Source of the DNA: an uncultured Bacilli bacterium | GTDB taxonomy: Bacteria > Bacillota_I > Bacilli_A > RF39 > UBA660 | Assembly (NCBI GenBank): GCA_934096265.1 | Contig: CAKOLI010000001.1 | Span: forward strand, 210,896 to 274,895 | DNA length: 64,000 nucleotides | Direction of reading: 5' to 3' | In this document: in pieces, positions 33,766-43,495 of the stretch | Numbering within the stretch: the stretch's first letter is position 1 | Layout: the number at the start of each line of letters is the position of its first letter | Made by a program: the position numbers and the translations under genes | Notes under the pieces: generated by a model | Database searches by the model: none | The model's input: only the letters and a program-made list of their open reading frames with translations | Told to the model about the DNA's origin: nothing

Positions 33766-34278
33766 ATGAATTTTATATTAAATGATTCTGAGTATGTTGA
33801 TATAGTTAGAAATATCTTAGATAATGATAATTTTAAGAAGATAGATGGACTTGTCCATCATCGTACTAATAGGTTAATTCATTCACTTAGGGTATCTTAT
33901 TTTTCCTATAAGATATCTAAGGTATTGTTTTTAGATAAGAGAAAGGTTGCACGAGCAGGGCTTTTACATGATTTCTTTCTTACTAATAGTAAGGATAAGA
34001 AGGATAGGTTAGTTAGTGTGTTTAAGCATTCTAAGGAAGCCTGTGATAATGCTAGGTATAATTTTATATTATCTCAAATGGAAGAAGATATTATTCGTAC
34101 GCATATGTTTCCTGTTGTACCAAATAGAGTACCTAAGTATGCAGAAAGTTGGGTAGTTAGTTTGGTAGATAAGGGAGTATCTTTATATGAGTTTGTTAAT
34201 AATTATGGGAATATGTGTACTTTGAAGTTAAAGAATGCTTTGGTATTGTTAGTACTGTTTTTAGGAAGAATGATTTAG
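33766..34278 (+). CDS. HD-domain phosphohydrolase-like protein
   Basis: H...HD pattern (HSLRVS...GLLHDFF). Confidence 0.5.
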   Translation: MNFILNDSEYVDIVRNILDNDNFKKIDGLVHHRTNRLIHSLRVSYFSYKISKVLFLDKRKVARAGLLHDFFLTNSKDKKDRLVSVFKHSKEACDNARYNFILSQMEEDIIRTHMFPVVPNRVPKYAESWVVSLVDKGVSLYEFVNNYGNMCTLKLKNALVLLVLFLGRMI

Positions 34279-34300
34279 GTTACTTATGTAGCCTCTTAGT

Positions 34301-34377
34301 GTCCTCGTAGCTCAGTAGGATAGAGCGAGTGCCTCCTAAGCACTAGGTCGTTGGTTCGATTCCAATCGGGGACGCCA
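34301..34377 (+). tRNA. tRNA-Arg (anticodon CCT)
   Basis: Cloverleaf read by eye. Acceptor GTCCTCG/CGGGGAC, D-arm GCTC-AGTAGGAT-AGAGC, anticodon stem AGTGC/GCACT with loop CTCCTAA, T-arm GTTGG-TTCGATT-CCAAT, 3' CCA encoded. Confidence 0.8.
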
Positions 34378-34391
34378 AAATAGAAATGTTA

Positions 34392-34426
34392 GCTCTTACT
34401 TTGTAAGAGTTTTTTTGATAGTTAGT
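34392..34426 (+). terminator. Rho-independent terminator after tRNA-Arg
   Basis: CTCTTAC-TTTG-TAAGAG followed by TTTTTTT. Confidence 0.5.
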
Positions 34427-34582
34427 AGAAGGTATAAGAGTTATATCTTTTTTTGTTATTTGTTATTTAATATTTTTTTTAAAATTTAGTTATATGTCTT
34501 TAAATTTATTTATATATGTGTTAAAATGATTATGGTGATAATATGACAATTAAGATTTGTGAGGCTTTAGGTAGGAAGTTAG

Positions 34583-34783
34583 ATGGGTAATGTTGCTGTT
34601 AAGATATCTACTGGTGAGCCTGGAGGGCATAATCTTTTGAATCTTAATTTGATTAAGGGGTTAGTTAATAAGCTTAATGGTACTATTGTAGAGTGTAATA
34701 CAGCATATAAGGGGATAAGAAATGATACTAATATGCATATGCAAGCTATTAGGGAACATGGGTTTTTAGAGTCTATGGTATAG
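34583..34783 (+). other. short ORF (66 aa), possibly a gene remnant
   Basis: Isolated ORF in a 590-bp region between the tRNA and xfp. No RBS-anchored start apart from a weak one. Confidence 0.2.
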
Positions 34784-34969
34784 GCGGTTTATTCTGTTGC
34801 TTTAGATATGGCATGTTTATCTTTAATTAAGGATTCTTCTTTCTCTTCTAAGGATCATTTTATGAATAGGGTAATAGAGAGAAATGGGGATTGATGTAAA
34901 CGAGTGAATTTAATATTGGTTCTTTGGAGTATGAGTTAGTGGATATAGATTAGAATAGGAGAGGTTTAT

Positions 34970-37324
34970 ATGGATGATATTAGCAATGAAATGTTAGATA
35001 AGTTAGATAGGTATTTTAGGACTTCTAATTATTTAGCTTTGGGGCAGTTATATTTGCTTGATAATCCTTTGCTTAAGAGAGAGCTTTCTTTTGATGATAT
35101 TAAGAAGAAGTTAGTTGGGCATTGGGGGACTGTTCCTTCTCAGAATTTTATTTATACTCATTTGAATAGGATAATTAATAAGTATGGAATGGATATGATA
35201 TATATGTCTGGTCCTGGTCATGGGGGAAATGCTATGGTGGCTCAGACATATATGGAGGGTACTTATTCAGAGATATATCCTAATATTACTATGGATATTG
35301 ATGGGTTGAAGAAGTTGTTTAAGCAGTTCTCTTTTCCGATGGGGGTATCTAGTCATGTTGCTCCTTCGGTGCCTGGGTCTATTCATGAGGGTGGAGAACT
35401 TGGTTATAGTCTTTCTCATGCATTTGGTGCTGTTTTGGATAATCCTTCTTTGGTAGTGGCATGTGTTGTAGGTGATGGGGAAGCAGAGACGGGTCCTCTT
35501 GCTACTTCTTGGCATTTAAATAAGATTTTAAATCCTAAGACTGATGGAGTGGTTTTGCCTATTTTGAATTTGAATGGTTATAAGATTGCTAATCCTACTT
35601 TGTTTTCTAGGATATCTGATAAGGAGTTACAATGTTTTTTCTTTGGATGTGGATGGAGACCTATTATAGTAGATATTAAGGATGGTATTAGTAGTAGGGA
35701 ATATCATAAGGCTATGGCGGAGGCTATGGATAGTTGTGTTAGTATAATTAATAAGATTAAGAGTGAGTTAAAGGATAATGAGAGGGCTTTATGGCCTATG
35801 ATAATACTTAAAAGTCCTAAGGGATGGACTTGTCCTAAGGTATTTAAGGGTAAAGAAATAGAAGGTACTTTTAGGTCTCATCAGATACCTATTACGATAG
35901 ATAGTGAAGAGGATTTAAGGTTATTAGAAGGTTGGCTTAGGAGTTATAATATAGAAGAGTTGTTTAATGATGATGGTAGTATTAAGGAAGATATTTTAGA
36001 GCTTGCTCCAAAGGGTAATAGGAGAATGGGGGCTAATTTACATGCGAATGGAGGAGCTTTGTTAAAGGAATTACGTATTCCTGATTTTAGAAATTATGCT
36101 ATAGATGTACGTGGTCGTGGAGAGATATATGCTTCTGATATGATGGAGTTATCAAAGTTTATTAGGGATATTATTGTAGAGAATGAGGATAATAAGAATT
36201 TTAGGATATTTGGCCCTGATGAGGCTTTGTCTAATAGGCTTAATCATGTATTTGAGGTTACTTCTAGGCAGTTTAATGGGATACTGTATGATAATGATGA
36301 GTATGTTGCTAGTTATGGTAGAGTTATTGATTCTATTTTGTCTGAGCATGTTTGTGAGGGGATGCTTGAAGGGTATCTTTTGACAGGTAGGCATGGTTTT
36401 TATAATTCTTATGAAGCTTTTATTAGGATAGTTGATTCTATGGCGAGTCAACATGCTAAGTGGCTTAAGGTTACTAAGGAACTTCCTTGGAGAAGGGATA
36501 TAGCTTCACTTAATTATGTTTTAACTTCACATGTATGGCAACAAGATCATAATGGTTATACGCATCAAGATCCTGGCTTTTTAAATCATATTGTTACTAA
36601 GAAGTCAGATGTTGTTAGGATGTATTTGCCTGTTGATACTAATACTTTGTTATCTTGTTTTGATCATTGTATAAGGAGTAAGAATTATATTAATGTAATT
36701 GTTGCTTCTAAGCATCCTTCTTGTCAGTGGCTTACTATGGATGAGGCTGTTAAGCATTGTACCAATGGTGTTGGTATATGGGAATGGGCTAGTAATGATC
36801 AAGGGGTTGAACCTGATTTGGTTATGGCTTGTGCAGGTGATACACCTACTTTAGAGGCTCTTGGAGCAGTTAAGATATTAAGAAGTAATTTTCCTTCTTT
36901 AAAGATTAGATTTGTTAATGTTATTGATCTTATGAGGTTAGAGTCTAATTCTAAACATCCTCATGGTCTTACTGATTTAGATTATAATGCTATATTTACT
37001 AAGGATAAGCCTATTATATTTAATTTCCATGGGTATCCTAGTTTGATACATCAACTTGTATATAATAGAGAAAATAAGAATATTCATGTACATGGATATA
37101 TAGAAGAAGGTACTATTACTACTCCTTTTGATATGAGAGTACAAAATAAAATAGATAGATATAGTTTAGTAATAGATGCGATTAAGTATTTACCTAGTTT
37201 AGGGAATACTGGTTCTAGGTTGATACAGTGGTGTAAGGATAAGCTTATTGAGCATAAGCAATATATTAGTACTAATGGTATTGATATGGAAGAAATAAAA
37301 GATTTTAAGTGGAATATTAAATAA
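34970..37324 (+). CDS. xfp: xylulose-5-phosphate/fructose-6-phosphate phosphoketolase
   Basis: 784 aa. TPP-binding signatures (GPGHGG...; GDGEAETGPLATSWH), full-length XFP architecture. Confidence 0.9.
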   Translation: MDDISNEMLDKLDRYFRTSNYLALGQLYLLDNPLLKRELSFDDIKKKLVGHWGTVPSQNFIYTHLNRIINKYGMDMIYMSGPGHGGNAMVAQTYMEGTYSEIYPNITMDIDGLKKLFKQFSFPMGVSSHVAPSVPGSIHEGGELGYSLSHAFGAVLDNPSLVVACVVGDGEAETGPLATSWHLNKILNPKTDGVVLPILNLNGYKIANPTLFSRISDKELQCFFFGCGWRPIIVDIKDGISSREYHKAMAEAMDSCVSIINKIKSELKDNERALWPMIILKSPKGWTCPKVFKGKEIEGTFRSHQIPITIDSEEDLRLLEGWLRSYNIEELFNDDGSIKEDILELAPKGNRRMGANLHANGGALLKELRIPDFRNYAIDVRGRGEIYASDMMELSKFIRDIIVENEDNKNFRIFGPDEALSNRLNHVFEVTSRQFNGILYDNDEYVASYGRVIDSILSEHVCEGMLEGYLLTGRHGFYNSYEAFIRIVDSMASQHAKWLKVTKELPWRRDIASLNYVLTSHVWQQDHNGYTHQDPGFLNHIVTKKSDVVRMYLPVDTNTLLSCFDHCIRSKNYINVIVASKHPSCQWLTMDEAVKHCTNGVGIWEWASNDQGVEPDLVMACAGDTPTLEALGAVKILRSNFPSLKIRFVNVIDLMRLESNSKHPHGLTDLDYNAIFTKDKPIIFNFHGYPSLIHQLVYNRENKNIHVHGYIEEGTITTPFDMRVQNKIDRYSLVIDAIKYLPSLGNTGSRLIQWCKDKLIEHKQYISTNGIDMEEIKDFKWNIK

Positions 37325-37374
37325 TTTATGTATAAAATACTAGTAATAGGAAATATTATTACTGGTGAAGAAAG

Positions 37375-37812
37375 ATGAATGAAAATAATGAATTACTTAT
37401 GTATATCTATCAAAATGTAGATATGGGTGTTAAGGCTACTACTCATCTTATTAATTTATTAAATAAGAAAGATAATAAGATAAAGAGTATTGTAGAAGGA
37501 CAATTAAAGGGATATGAGAATTTTCTTAAGGAGAGTAAGAAGTTACTTAAGAAGAATAAGATAGAGCCTAAAGAGAAGGGGATACTCGCGGATTTAGGTT
37601 CTTCTATAGGAATGAACATAGAATTTATGAAGGATAATAGTGATACTCGTATCGCGGATATGTTAATTAAGGGGTTTACAATGGGAAATTTAGATATTGA
37701 TAAGAGAATTAATAGTTTTAGTGGTGATGCTGATAAAAAGATATTAAAGTTAGCTAAGGATTTAAAGAAGTTTGGAGAAGAAAATATAGAACTATTAAAA
37801 CCTTATTTATAA
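37375..37812 (+). CDS. hypothetical helical protein
   Basis: 145 aa. No motif recognised. Confidence 0.35.
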   Translation: MNENNELLMYIYQNVDMGVKATTHLINLLNKKDNKIKSIVEGQLKGYENFLKESKKLLKKNKIEPKEKGILADLGSSIGMNIEFMKDNSDTRIADMLIKGFTMGNLDIDKRINSFSGDADKKILKLAKDLKKFGEENIELLKPYL

Positions 37813-37837
37813 TTTATAAGATAAATATATAAAAATA

Positions 37838-38135
37838 TATTTACTAATAATTAAATTTATGATATGATTAGTTCATAAAATAAGTGAATTTAAAAGTTAG
37901 AAAAAATTCGCAAATTTTTGATAAAAATTAATAAGATTTTAGGAGTTGATAGTGATGAGTAATGTTAACCAAAAATGTCCTAAAACCCTTATTTTACTAG
38001 GGGGGGGGGCAATTACAAATCCTTATAAATAAAGGGTTTAAGCCTCATTTTAACTATCAAAAATATATAAATCTATATTAGAGATATAGCTATTTTAGTT
38101 ATATTTTTTGATATAGTTTTTTTATATTTAATTAG
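37838..38135. repeat. Conserved about 300-bp upstream element, copy 1, with G10 tract (38000-38009) inside a 25-codon mini-ORF (37955-38032)
   Basis: About 90% identical to 49282-49582. Mini-ORF MSNVNQKCPKTLILLGGGAITNPYK is preceded by AGGAG 9 nt upstream. Confidence 0.85.
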
Positions 38136-38220
38136 TAGTATCTTATTAGTTAATTCTACACATTTTTAAATTATAATGTGGTATGATAATTTTAATGATA
38201 GAAAGGGAGTAAGAAAATAT

Positions 38221-40155
38221 ATGGATAATAACAAGAGAATATATTTAATAATAGGAGTAATAACTATTACTATGCTAATAATGGGAGCAACTACTGCGTG
38301 GTTTACTTGGAATAGTACAGATAATACAGATGTAACGTTTAATGTAGAAGGTTTAGATATTACTTATACAGGAGATGAAAATGTATTAAATAAAAAGCTA
38401 TATCCTACATCCTCGATGACTAATACTGATAATGTAATACATAAATTTAGCCTAGTAACTACATCTAATATAGATATATATACTAAAATATCATTAGATA
38501 TAATAAAACTAGATGATAACTTAAAAGATGTATCATTTAGATGGAACTTATATAAAGAAGATACATCTATTGCCAGTGGTAACTTTAGTAATGCTACAGT
38601 AGGTAGCGATGTACTACTTACTCAAGCAATGATAACAACTACATCAACTAATTACACATTATTTATCTGGATAGATGGAGAAAACTACAGTAACCCAATA
38701 GCCATGGGAGATAAAGAGTTTTATTTTAAATTAAAACTAGAAGCAGGCCAACAGGTATATCTTACTCCAGAAGAGTGCTTTAACTTTGATGAAAGTACTG
38801 GTACTATAACTAGTTATTTGTGCACTAGTGGTAATAGCAATAATTTACCAACTATAACGGATGTAGTAATACCTAGCGAAATTAATGGAGTAACAGTAAC
38901 TGCAATAAAAACTTGGGCATTTGTTAATCGTAATTTAACAAGCGTAACAATACCAGACAGTGTAATAACAATAGGAATGTATGCGTTTAATAATAACAAG
39001 CTAACAAGTATAAAAATCCCAAATAGTGTAACAACAATAGGCAGTTCTGCTTTTGGTAGAAACAACATAACAAGTATTTATATTCCAGATAGTGTAACTT
39101 CAATAGATGGTAATATAATTACTTATAATCCTAGTTTAGCAAGTATAACGGTATCCCCAAATAATAAAGTATACGATAGCAGAGACAATTCAAATGCAAT
39201 AATAGAAACATCTAGTAATACATTAATACAAGGATGTAAAAATACTATTATACCTAATACAGTTACCTCTATAGGACGTTCTTCTTTTTCTGGTAATGAT
39301 TTAGCAAGTATAACAATTCCAAATAGTGTAACAACAATAGGCAGTTCTGCTTTTTACACAAATAAACTAACAAGCATAACAATTCCAAATAGTGTAACAA
39401 CAATAGGTGGTAATGCTTTTGGGGGAAACGAAATAGCAAACATTTACATTCCAGAAAATGTAACTTCAATAGGTAGTAATGTGCTTGCTGTTAATCCTAG
39501 TTTAGCAAGTATAACGGTATCGCCCAATAATAAAGTATATGATAGTAGAAATAATTCAAATGCAATAATAGAAACATCTAGTAATAAATTAATACAAGGA
39601 TGTAAAAATACTGTTATACCTAATACGGTTGTATCAATAGGATATTTAGCCTTTGGTGGTTTAAATTTAACAAGTATAACAATACCAGACAGTGTCACAA
39701 CAATAGGTGATAATGTCTTTCAAGATAACAATTTAACAAGTATAACAATTCCAGACACTGTCACATCAATTGGAGACGAAGCTTTTCAATATAACAATTT
39801 AACAAGTATAACAATTTCAAATAGTGTAACAACAATAGGGTACCGTACATTTTATAATAATAATTTAACAAGTGTAACAATTCCAGATAACGTTACAACA
39901 ATAAAATATGAAGCCTTTGCTGATAACAATTTAACAACTGTGTATATAGGTAAAAATTCCAAACTAAGCAGCCTAGGGCGTAGTACCTTTGGTTCAACCT
40001 CATCATCTAACACTAACTTGTCTAAAATATACAATCTAGGTAGTAAATCATTAAATTGGAACTTAGCAATAACGGGTACATCTGGTACCGCTTTCGTAAG
40101 TGGCACAGTAACAACCTCTGATGGAAGAACAGTAACTATAACAACTAGTGAGTAA
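38221..40155 (+). CDS. Paralog C. SipW-cognate-like signal, TasA-like N-domain, BspA-type leucine-rich repeats (LRR_5); no lectin-like C-domain.
   Basis: N-terminus MDNNKRIYLIIGVITITMLIMGATTAWFTWNST. At least 12 repeats of the form ITIPNSVTTIGSSAF-N-LTS. N-terminal 200 aa homologous to the 49603 gene product. Confidence 0.65.
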   Translation: MDNNKRIYLIIGVITITMLIMGATTAWFTWNSTDNTDVTFNVEGLDITYTGDENVLNKKLYPTSSMTNTDNVIHKFSLVTTSNIDIYTKISLDIIKLDDNLKDVSFRWNLYKEDTSIASGNFSNATVGSDVLLTQAMITTTSTNYTLFIWIDGENYSNPIAMGDKEFYFKLKLEAGQQVYLTPEECFNFDESTGTITSYLCTSGNSNNLPTITDVVIPSEINGVTVTAIKTWAFVNRNLTSVTIPDSVITIGMYAFNNNKLTSIKIPNSVTTIGSSAFGRNNITSIYIPDSVTSIDGNIITYNPSLASITVSPNNKVYDSRDNSNAIIETSSNTLIQGCKNTIIPNTVTSIGRSSFSGNDLASITIPNSVTTIGSSAFYTNKLTSITIPNSVTTIGGNAFGGNEIANIYIPENVTSIGSNVLAVNPSLASITVSPNNKVYDSRNNSNAIIETSSNKLIQGCKNTVIPNTVVSIGYLAFGGLNLTSITIPDSVTTIGDNVFQDNNLTSITIPDTVTSIGDEAFQYNNLTSITISNSVTTIGYRTFYNNNLTSVTIPDNVTTIKYEAFADNNLTTVYIGKNSKLSSLGRSTFGSTSSSNTNLSKIYNLGSKSLNWNLAITGTSGTAFVSGTVTTSDGRTVTITTSE

Positions 40156-40224
40156 GTTTAGTAGAACTATTTAAAAAAAATTTTTAGGAAAAAGGTTGTC
40201 AATTATTTTAAAAAGTGATATATT

Positions 40225-40440
40225 ATTGGAAAGAGATATATTAGTATTTTAAATAAAGAAGTAGTTGGGTAGCTATTATATATAGAGAGTTAGTGGTTGG
40301 TGGAAACTAATTAGGGTTATTTAATGAATTACATATTTATAGCTAATCGGATGTTATCCGTTATAAGAAGAGAAATAATTAAGGTGGTACCACGGGTTTA
40401 TCTCGTCCTTAGGTGCTACCTTTTTATTATTATAGGGAGG
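40225..40440 (+). promoter_or_regulatory. T-box riboswitch leader (Tyr) upstream of tyrS
   Basis: AGAGA near the 5' end. T-box sequence AATTAAGGTGGTACCACGGG at 40377-40396. Downstream terminator GGTGGTACC...GGTGCTACC followed by TTTTT. Confidence 0.55.
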
Positions 40441-40448
40441 AATTTATT

Positions 40449-41678
40449 ATGAATTTATATGAGGATTTGAAATGGAGAGGTTTGATTAAGGATGTAGCTG
40501 GGGAGGATTTGGATAAGTTGTTAAATGGTAAACCTATTACTTTTTATTGGGGTACTGATCCTACTGCGGATAGTTTGCATATTGGTCATTATTCTTCTTT
40601 GATAACTGCTAAGAGGCTTGCTAAGGCAGGGCATCATCCTATTTTGTTAGTAGGGGGAGCTACTGGGTTGATTGGAGATCCTAGGCCATCTTCTGAGAGG
40701 GAGATTATATCTAAGGAAGTTATTGATAGGAATTTTATTGGGATAAAGAGTCAAGTTACTAAGATACTTGATGGTAAGGCAGAGGTTGTTAATAATTATG
40801 ATTGGCTTAAGGATTATAGTTATTTGGAGTTTCTTAGGGATATTGGGAAGTATATTAATGTTAATTATATGCTTGCTAAGGATATTATTAGTAGGAGGTT
40901 AGAGACTGGTATTACTTATGCGGAGTTTTCTTATACTTTGTTACAAGGATATGATTATTTGCATTTGTTTAGAGATAAGGGATGTGTTTTGCAAGCAGCG
41001 GGTTCTGATCAATGGGGAAATATTACTACTGGGATAGAGCTTATTAAGAAAATAGATGGTAAGGAAGCTTATGGGTTTACTATGCCTTTGATATTGGATG
41101 CTAATGGGAATAAGTTTGGTAAGAGTGAGGGTAATGCTTTATGGCTTGATATTAATAAGACTTCTAGTTATAGTTTGTTTCAATATTTGATTAATTCTGA
41201 TGATAGTAAGGTTATGGAGTATTTGAAGGTGTTTACTTTTTTGTCTCGTGAGGAGATAGAGAGTACTATGGATAGGCATAATAAGGAGCCTCATCTTAGG
41301 ATTGCACAGGAGGTATTAGCACGTGAGTTTATAACTGATTTGCATGGTAAGGATGAGTATGATAAGGCTTATAAGATTAGTAAGTGCTTGTTTAATAATA
41401 AGATTGATGAGTTAGAAGAAGATGAGCTTAATGATGCTTTTAAGGGGGTACCTAGTTTTAAGGTAAAGTTAGGTATTAGTTTGCTTGATGTGCTTGTTGG
41501 TAATAATATTGCTAGTTCTAAGAGGGAAGCTAGAGAGTTTTTAGCTAGTAAGAGTATTTTGGTTAATGGTCATGTGGTAGTAGATGCGGATATGGTTATT
41601 GATGAAAATAGTTTATTATATTCTAAGTATTTGGTTATTAGAAGGGGTAAGAAGAAGTATTTTATAGGGGTTATTTAG
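40449..41678 (+). CDS. tyrS: tyrosine--tRNA ligase
   Basis: HIGH motif (DSLHIGHYSS), KMSKS-like motif (KFGKSEGN), C-terminal S4-like domain. Confidence 0.9.
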   Translation: MNLYEDLKWRGLIKDVAGEDLDKLLNGKPITFYWGTDPTADSLHIGHYSSLITAKRLAKAGHHPILLVGGATGLIGDPRPSSEREIISKEVIDRNFIGIKSQVTKILDGKAEVVNNYDWLKDYSYLEFLRDIGKYINVNYMLAKDIISRRLETGITYAEFSYTLLQGYDYLHLFRDKGCVLQAAGSDQWGNITTGIELIKKIDGKEAYGFTMPLILDANGNKFGKSEGNALWLDINKTSSYSLFQYLINSDDSKVMEYLKVFTFLSREEIESTMDRHNKEPHLRIAQEVLAREFITDLHGKDEYDKAYKISKCLFNNKIDELEEDELNDAFKGVPSFKVKLGISLLDVLVGNNIASSKREAREFLASKSILVNGHVVVDADMVIDENSLLYSKYLVIRRGKKKYFIGVI

Positions 41679-42113
41679 ATGGATGATAGGATAGATATAG
41701 ATATATATGGGTTAGATGGGAAGAAGTATACTTTTAGTTATGATGATAATTATTATGTGTTTTCTTCTTTCTTTGATGGTACTTTAGAGGATCCTAAGAA
41801 GATGTATGCTAAGTTTACTAAGAAGAGGGATAGCCTTAGGAGTATGGCTATGAATAGATTATTGGATAGGGCTTCTTGTAATTATGATGATGGGGTTATA
41901 CTTAGGTGTAGGAATGTGGATGGTGTGTGTTTTGATATAACTGTTTTTGATGGGGAAGATGGATATATTTCTAAGAGGAAGAAGTATTATGGTATTTCTT
42001 ATGATTTTGAGAAAGAGCGGGTAGATAGGATGGAGTATTATAAGATACTTGATTATGTACTTAGAGATTATGTCTTGGAGATAGTAAATGAAAAGAAAAG
42101 AAATGTTATGTAG
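41679..42113 (+). CDS. hypothetical protein
   Basis: 144 aa. No homology recognised. Confidence 0.35.
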   Translation: MDDRIDIDIYGLDGKKYTFSYDDNYYVFSSFFDGTLEDPKKMYAKFTKKRDSLRSMAMNRLLDRASCNYDDGVILRCRNVDGVCFDITVFDGEDGYISKRKKYYGISYDFEKERVDRMEYYKILDYVLRDYVLEIVNEKKRNVM

Positions 42114-42549
42114 TTTTTCTTTTCTTTTTCATTATAGATTTATTTATACTATCTGCTTGAAATAGGTCTTCTTTGGTATTTATTTTTATGTATAGGTTAT
42201 GGTTTTTGCTTTTTAGTACTTGGTAGTTTTGTTTGGTAAAGTATGGTATTAGCATGATGTTATCTTCTATGAATTTATCTCTTATTAGGCTACAGAAGCA
42301 TGATGTTAGGTGTTTGTTTAGGATAGTATTTGCATTTATAAATATGTCCTCTTTTTCAGGGTTATTTATGTCTTTGTTGTAGTGGTAGTCATCACTATAT
42401 ATTTTTAGGTATATTTGGTTTTCTTCGTTGTTTATATCTTCTATATCAATATATATATTATATGTGCTATCTTCTTTTAAGAGGTTATATGTATGGATAT
42501 ATATTAAGTATAGTGATTTATATCTGTTTAGGTAATCGTTTAAATTCAT
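42106..42549 (-). CDS. hypothetical protein
   Basis: Strong RBS on the - strand (AAGGAGGAAAAAC-ATG). Convergent with the preceding gene. Confidence 0.45.
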   Translation of the reverse strand: MNLNDYLNRYKSLYLIYIHTYNLLKEDSTYNIYIDIEDINNEENQIYLKIYSDDYHYNKDINNPEKEDIFINANTILNKHLTSCFCSLIRDKFIEDNIMLIPYFTKQNYQVLKSKNHNLYIKINTKEDLFQADSINKSIMKKKRKTT

Positions 42550-42611
42550 GTTTTTCCTCCTTATAGTTATATAGTATTTAGGTAATAAAAAAAGTAGTAC
42601 AAAATGTACTA

Positions 42612-43217
42612 CTAAACTCTACTATAAAATTCAACAATTAATGCTTCGTTTATATCTGCGTTAAGTTCGCTTCTTTCAGGAAATCTTAGGTAAGTTCCTT
42701 CTTTTTTAGCTTCGTCATAGCTTACGAAGTCTACTCTTTTAGGAGCAGTAGCAAGTGCTATTTCGATACCTTTATGGTTTTGTGAGTTTTCTTTGATGCT
42801 AATTACATCACCAGGTTTACATTTGTAAGATGGGATGTCTACTTTTTTACCATTTACTAAGATATGTCCATGGTTAACTAGTTGGCGAGAAGCTCTTCTA
42901 GTGCTTGCAAAACCTAATCTGTATACTAGGTTATCTAATCTGCTTTCTAGTAATACTAGTAAGTTTTCACCGTGAACACCTTTCATTTTACCAGCTTCTG
43001 TGAATAGTTTTTTGAATTGTTTTTCACTTAAACCATACATAAATCTAACTTTTTGTTTTTCAGTTAATTGTACTGAGTAGTTAGATGGTTTTCTTTTTCT
43101 AGCATTACCATGTTGTCCTGGACCATAAGGTCTTTTAGCGATATCTTTACCACTTTCTAAGATAGAGAAAGATACACGTCTTGCTTGTTTGTTGTTTGGG
43201 CCTATATATCTAGCCAT
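42612..43217 (-). CDS. rpsD: 30S ribosomal protein S4
   Basis: N-terminus MARYIGP...; S4 domain (RLDNLVYRLGFASTRRASRQLVNHGHILVNGKKVDIPSY). Confidence 0.9.
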   Translation of the reverse strand: MARYIGPNNKQARRVSFSILESGKDIAKRPYGPGQHGNARKRKPSNYSVQLTEKQKVRFMYGLSEKQFKKLFTEAGKMKGVHGENLLVLLESRLDNLVYRLGFASTRRASRQLVNHGHILVNGKKVDIPSYKCKPGDVISIKENSQNHKGIEIALATAPKRVDFVSYDEAKKEGTYLRFPERSELNADINEALIVEFYSRV

Positions 43218-43495
43218 AAATTATTCCTCCTTCTTTCTTTGGAAGGTATTCTTTTAACTTTGTAGGGTGTTTTAGGGTGTACTTTCGCTTATGCAGTTAA
43301 TAAGTTACTTATATCATAACACATTACATAGTTAATAAGAAAAACTGCCAAATGCAATTAGTATTATATATAAAAAATATGTTCTTGTCAATAAGTATAT
43401 GTGTTTTTTTGTTAATACGAGGTATTATTTTCTTTAAAATATTTATTTTCTTTAAAATACATGATATAATTAGACTATATACGGGGTGAATAGTT

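Noticed and set aside
37998-38010. The G10 run as a sequencing or assembly artefact
   Set aside because: The same 10-G run occurs twice, at 38000-38009 and 49442-49451. Each copy sits in a diverged but reading-frame-preserving context with a conserved mini-ORF, which argues for a real, selected feature.
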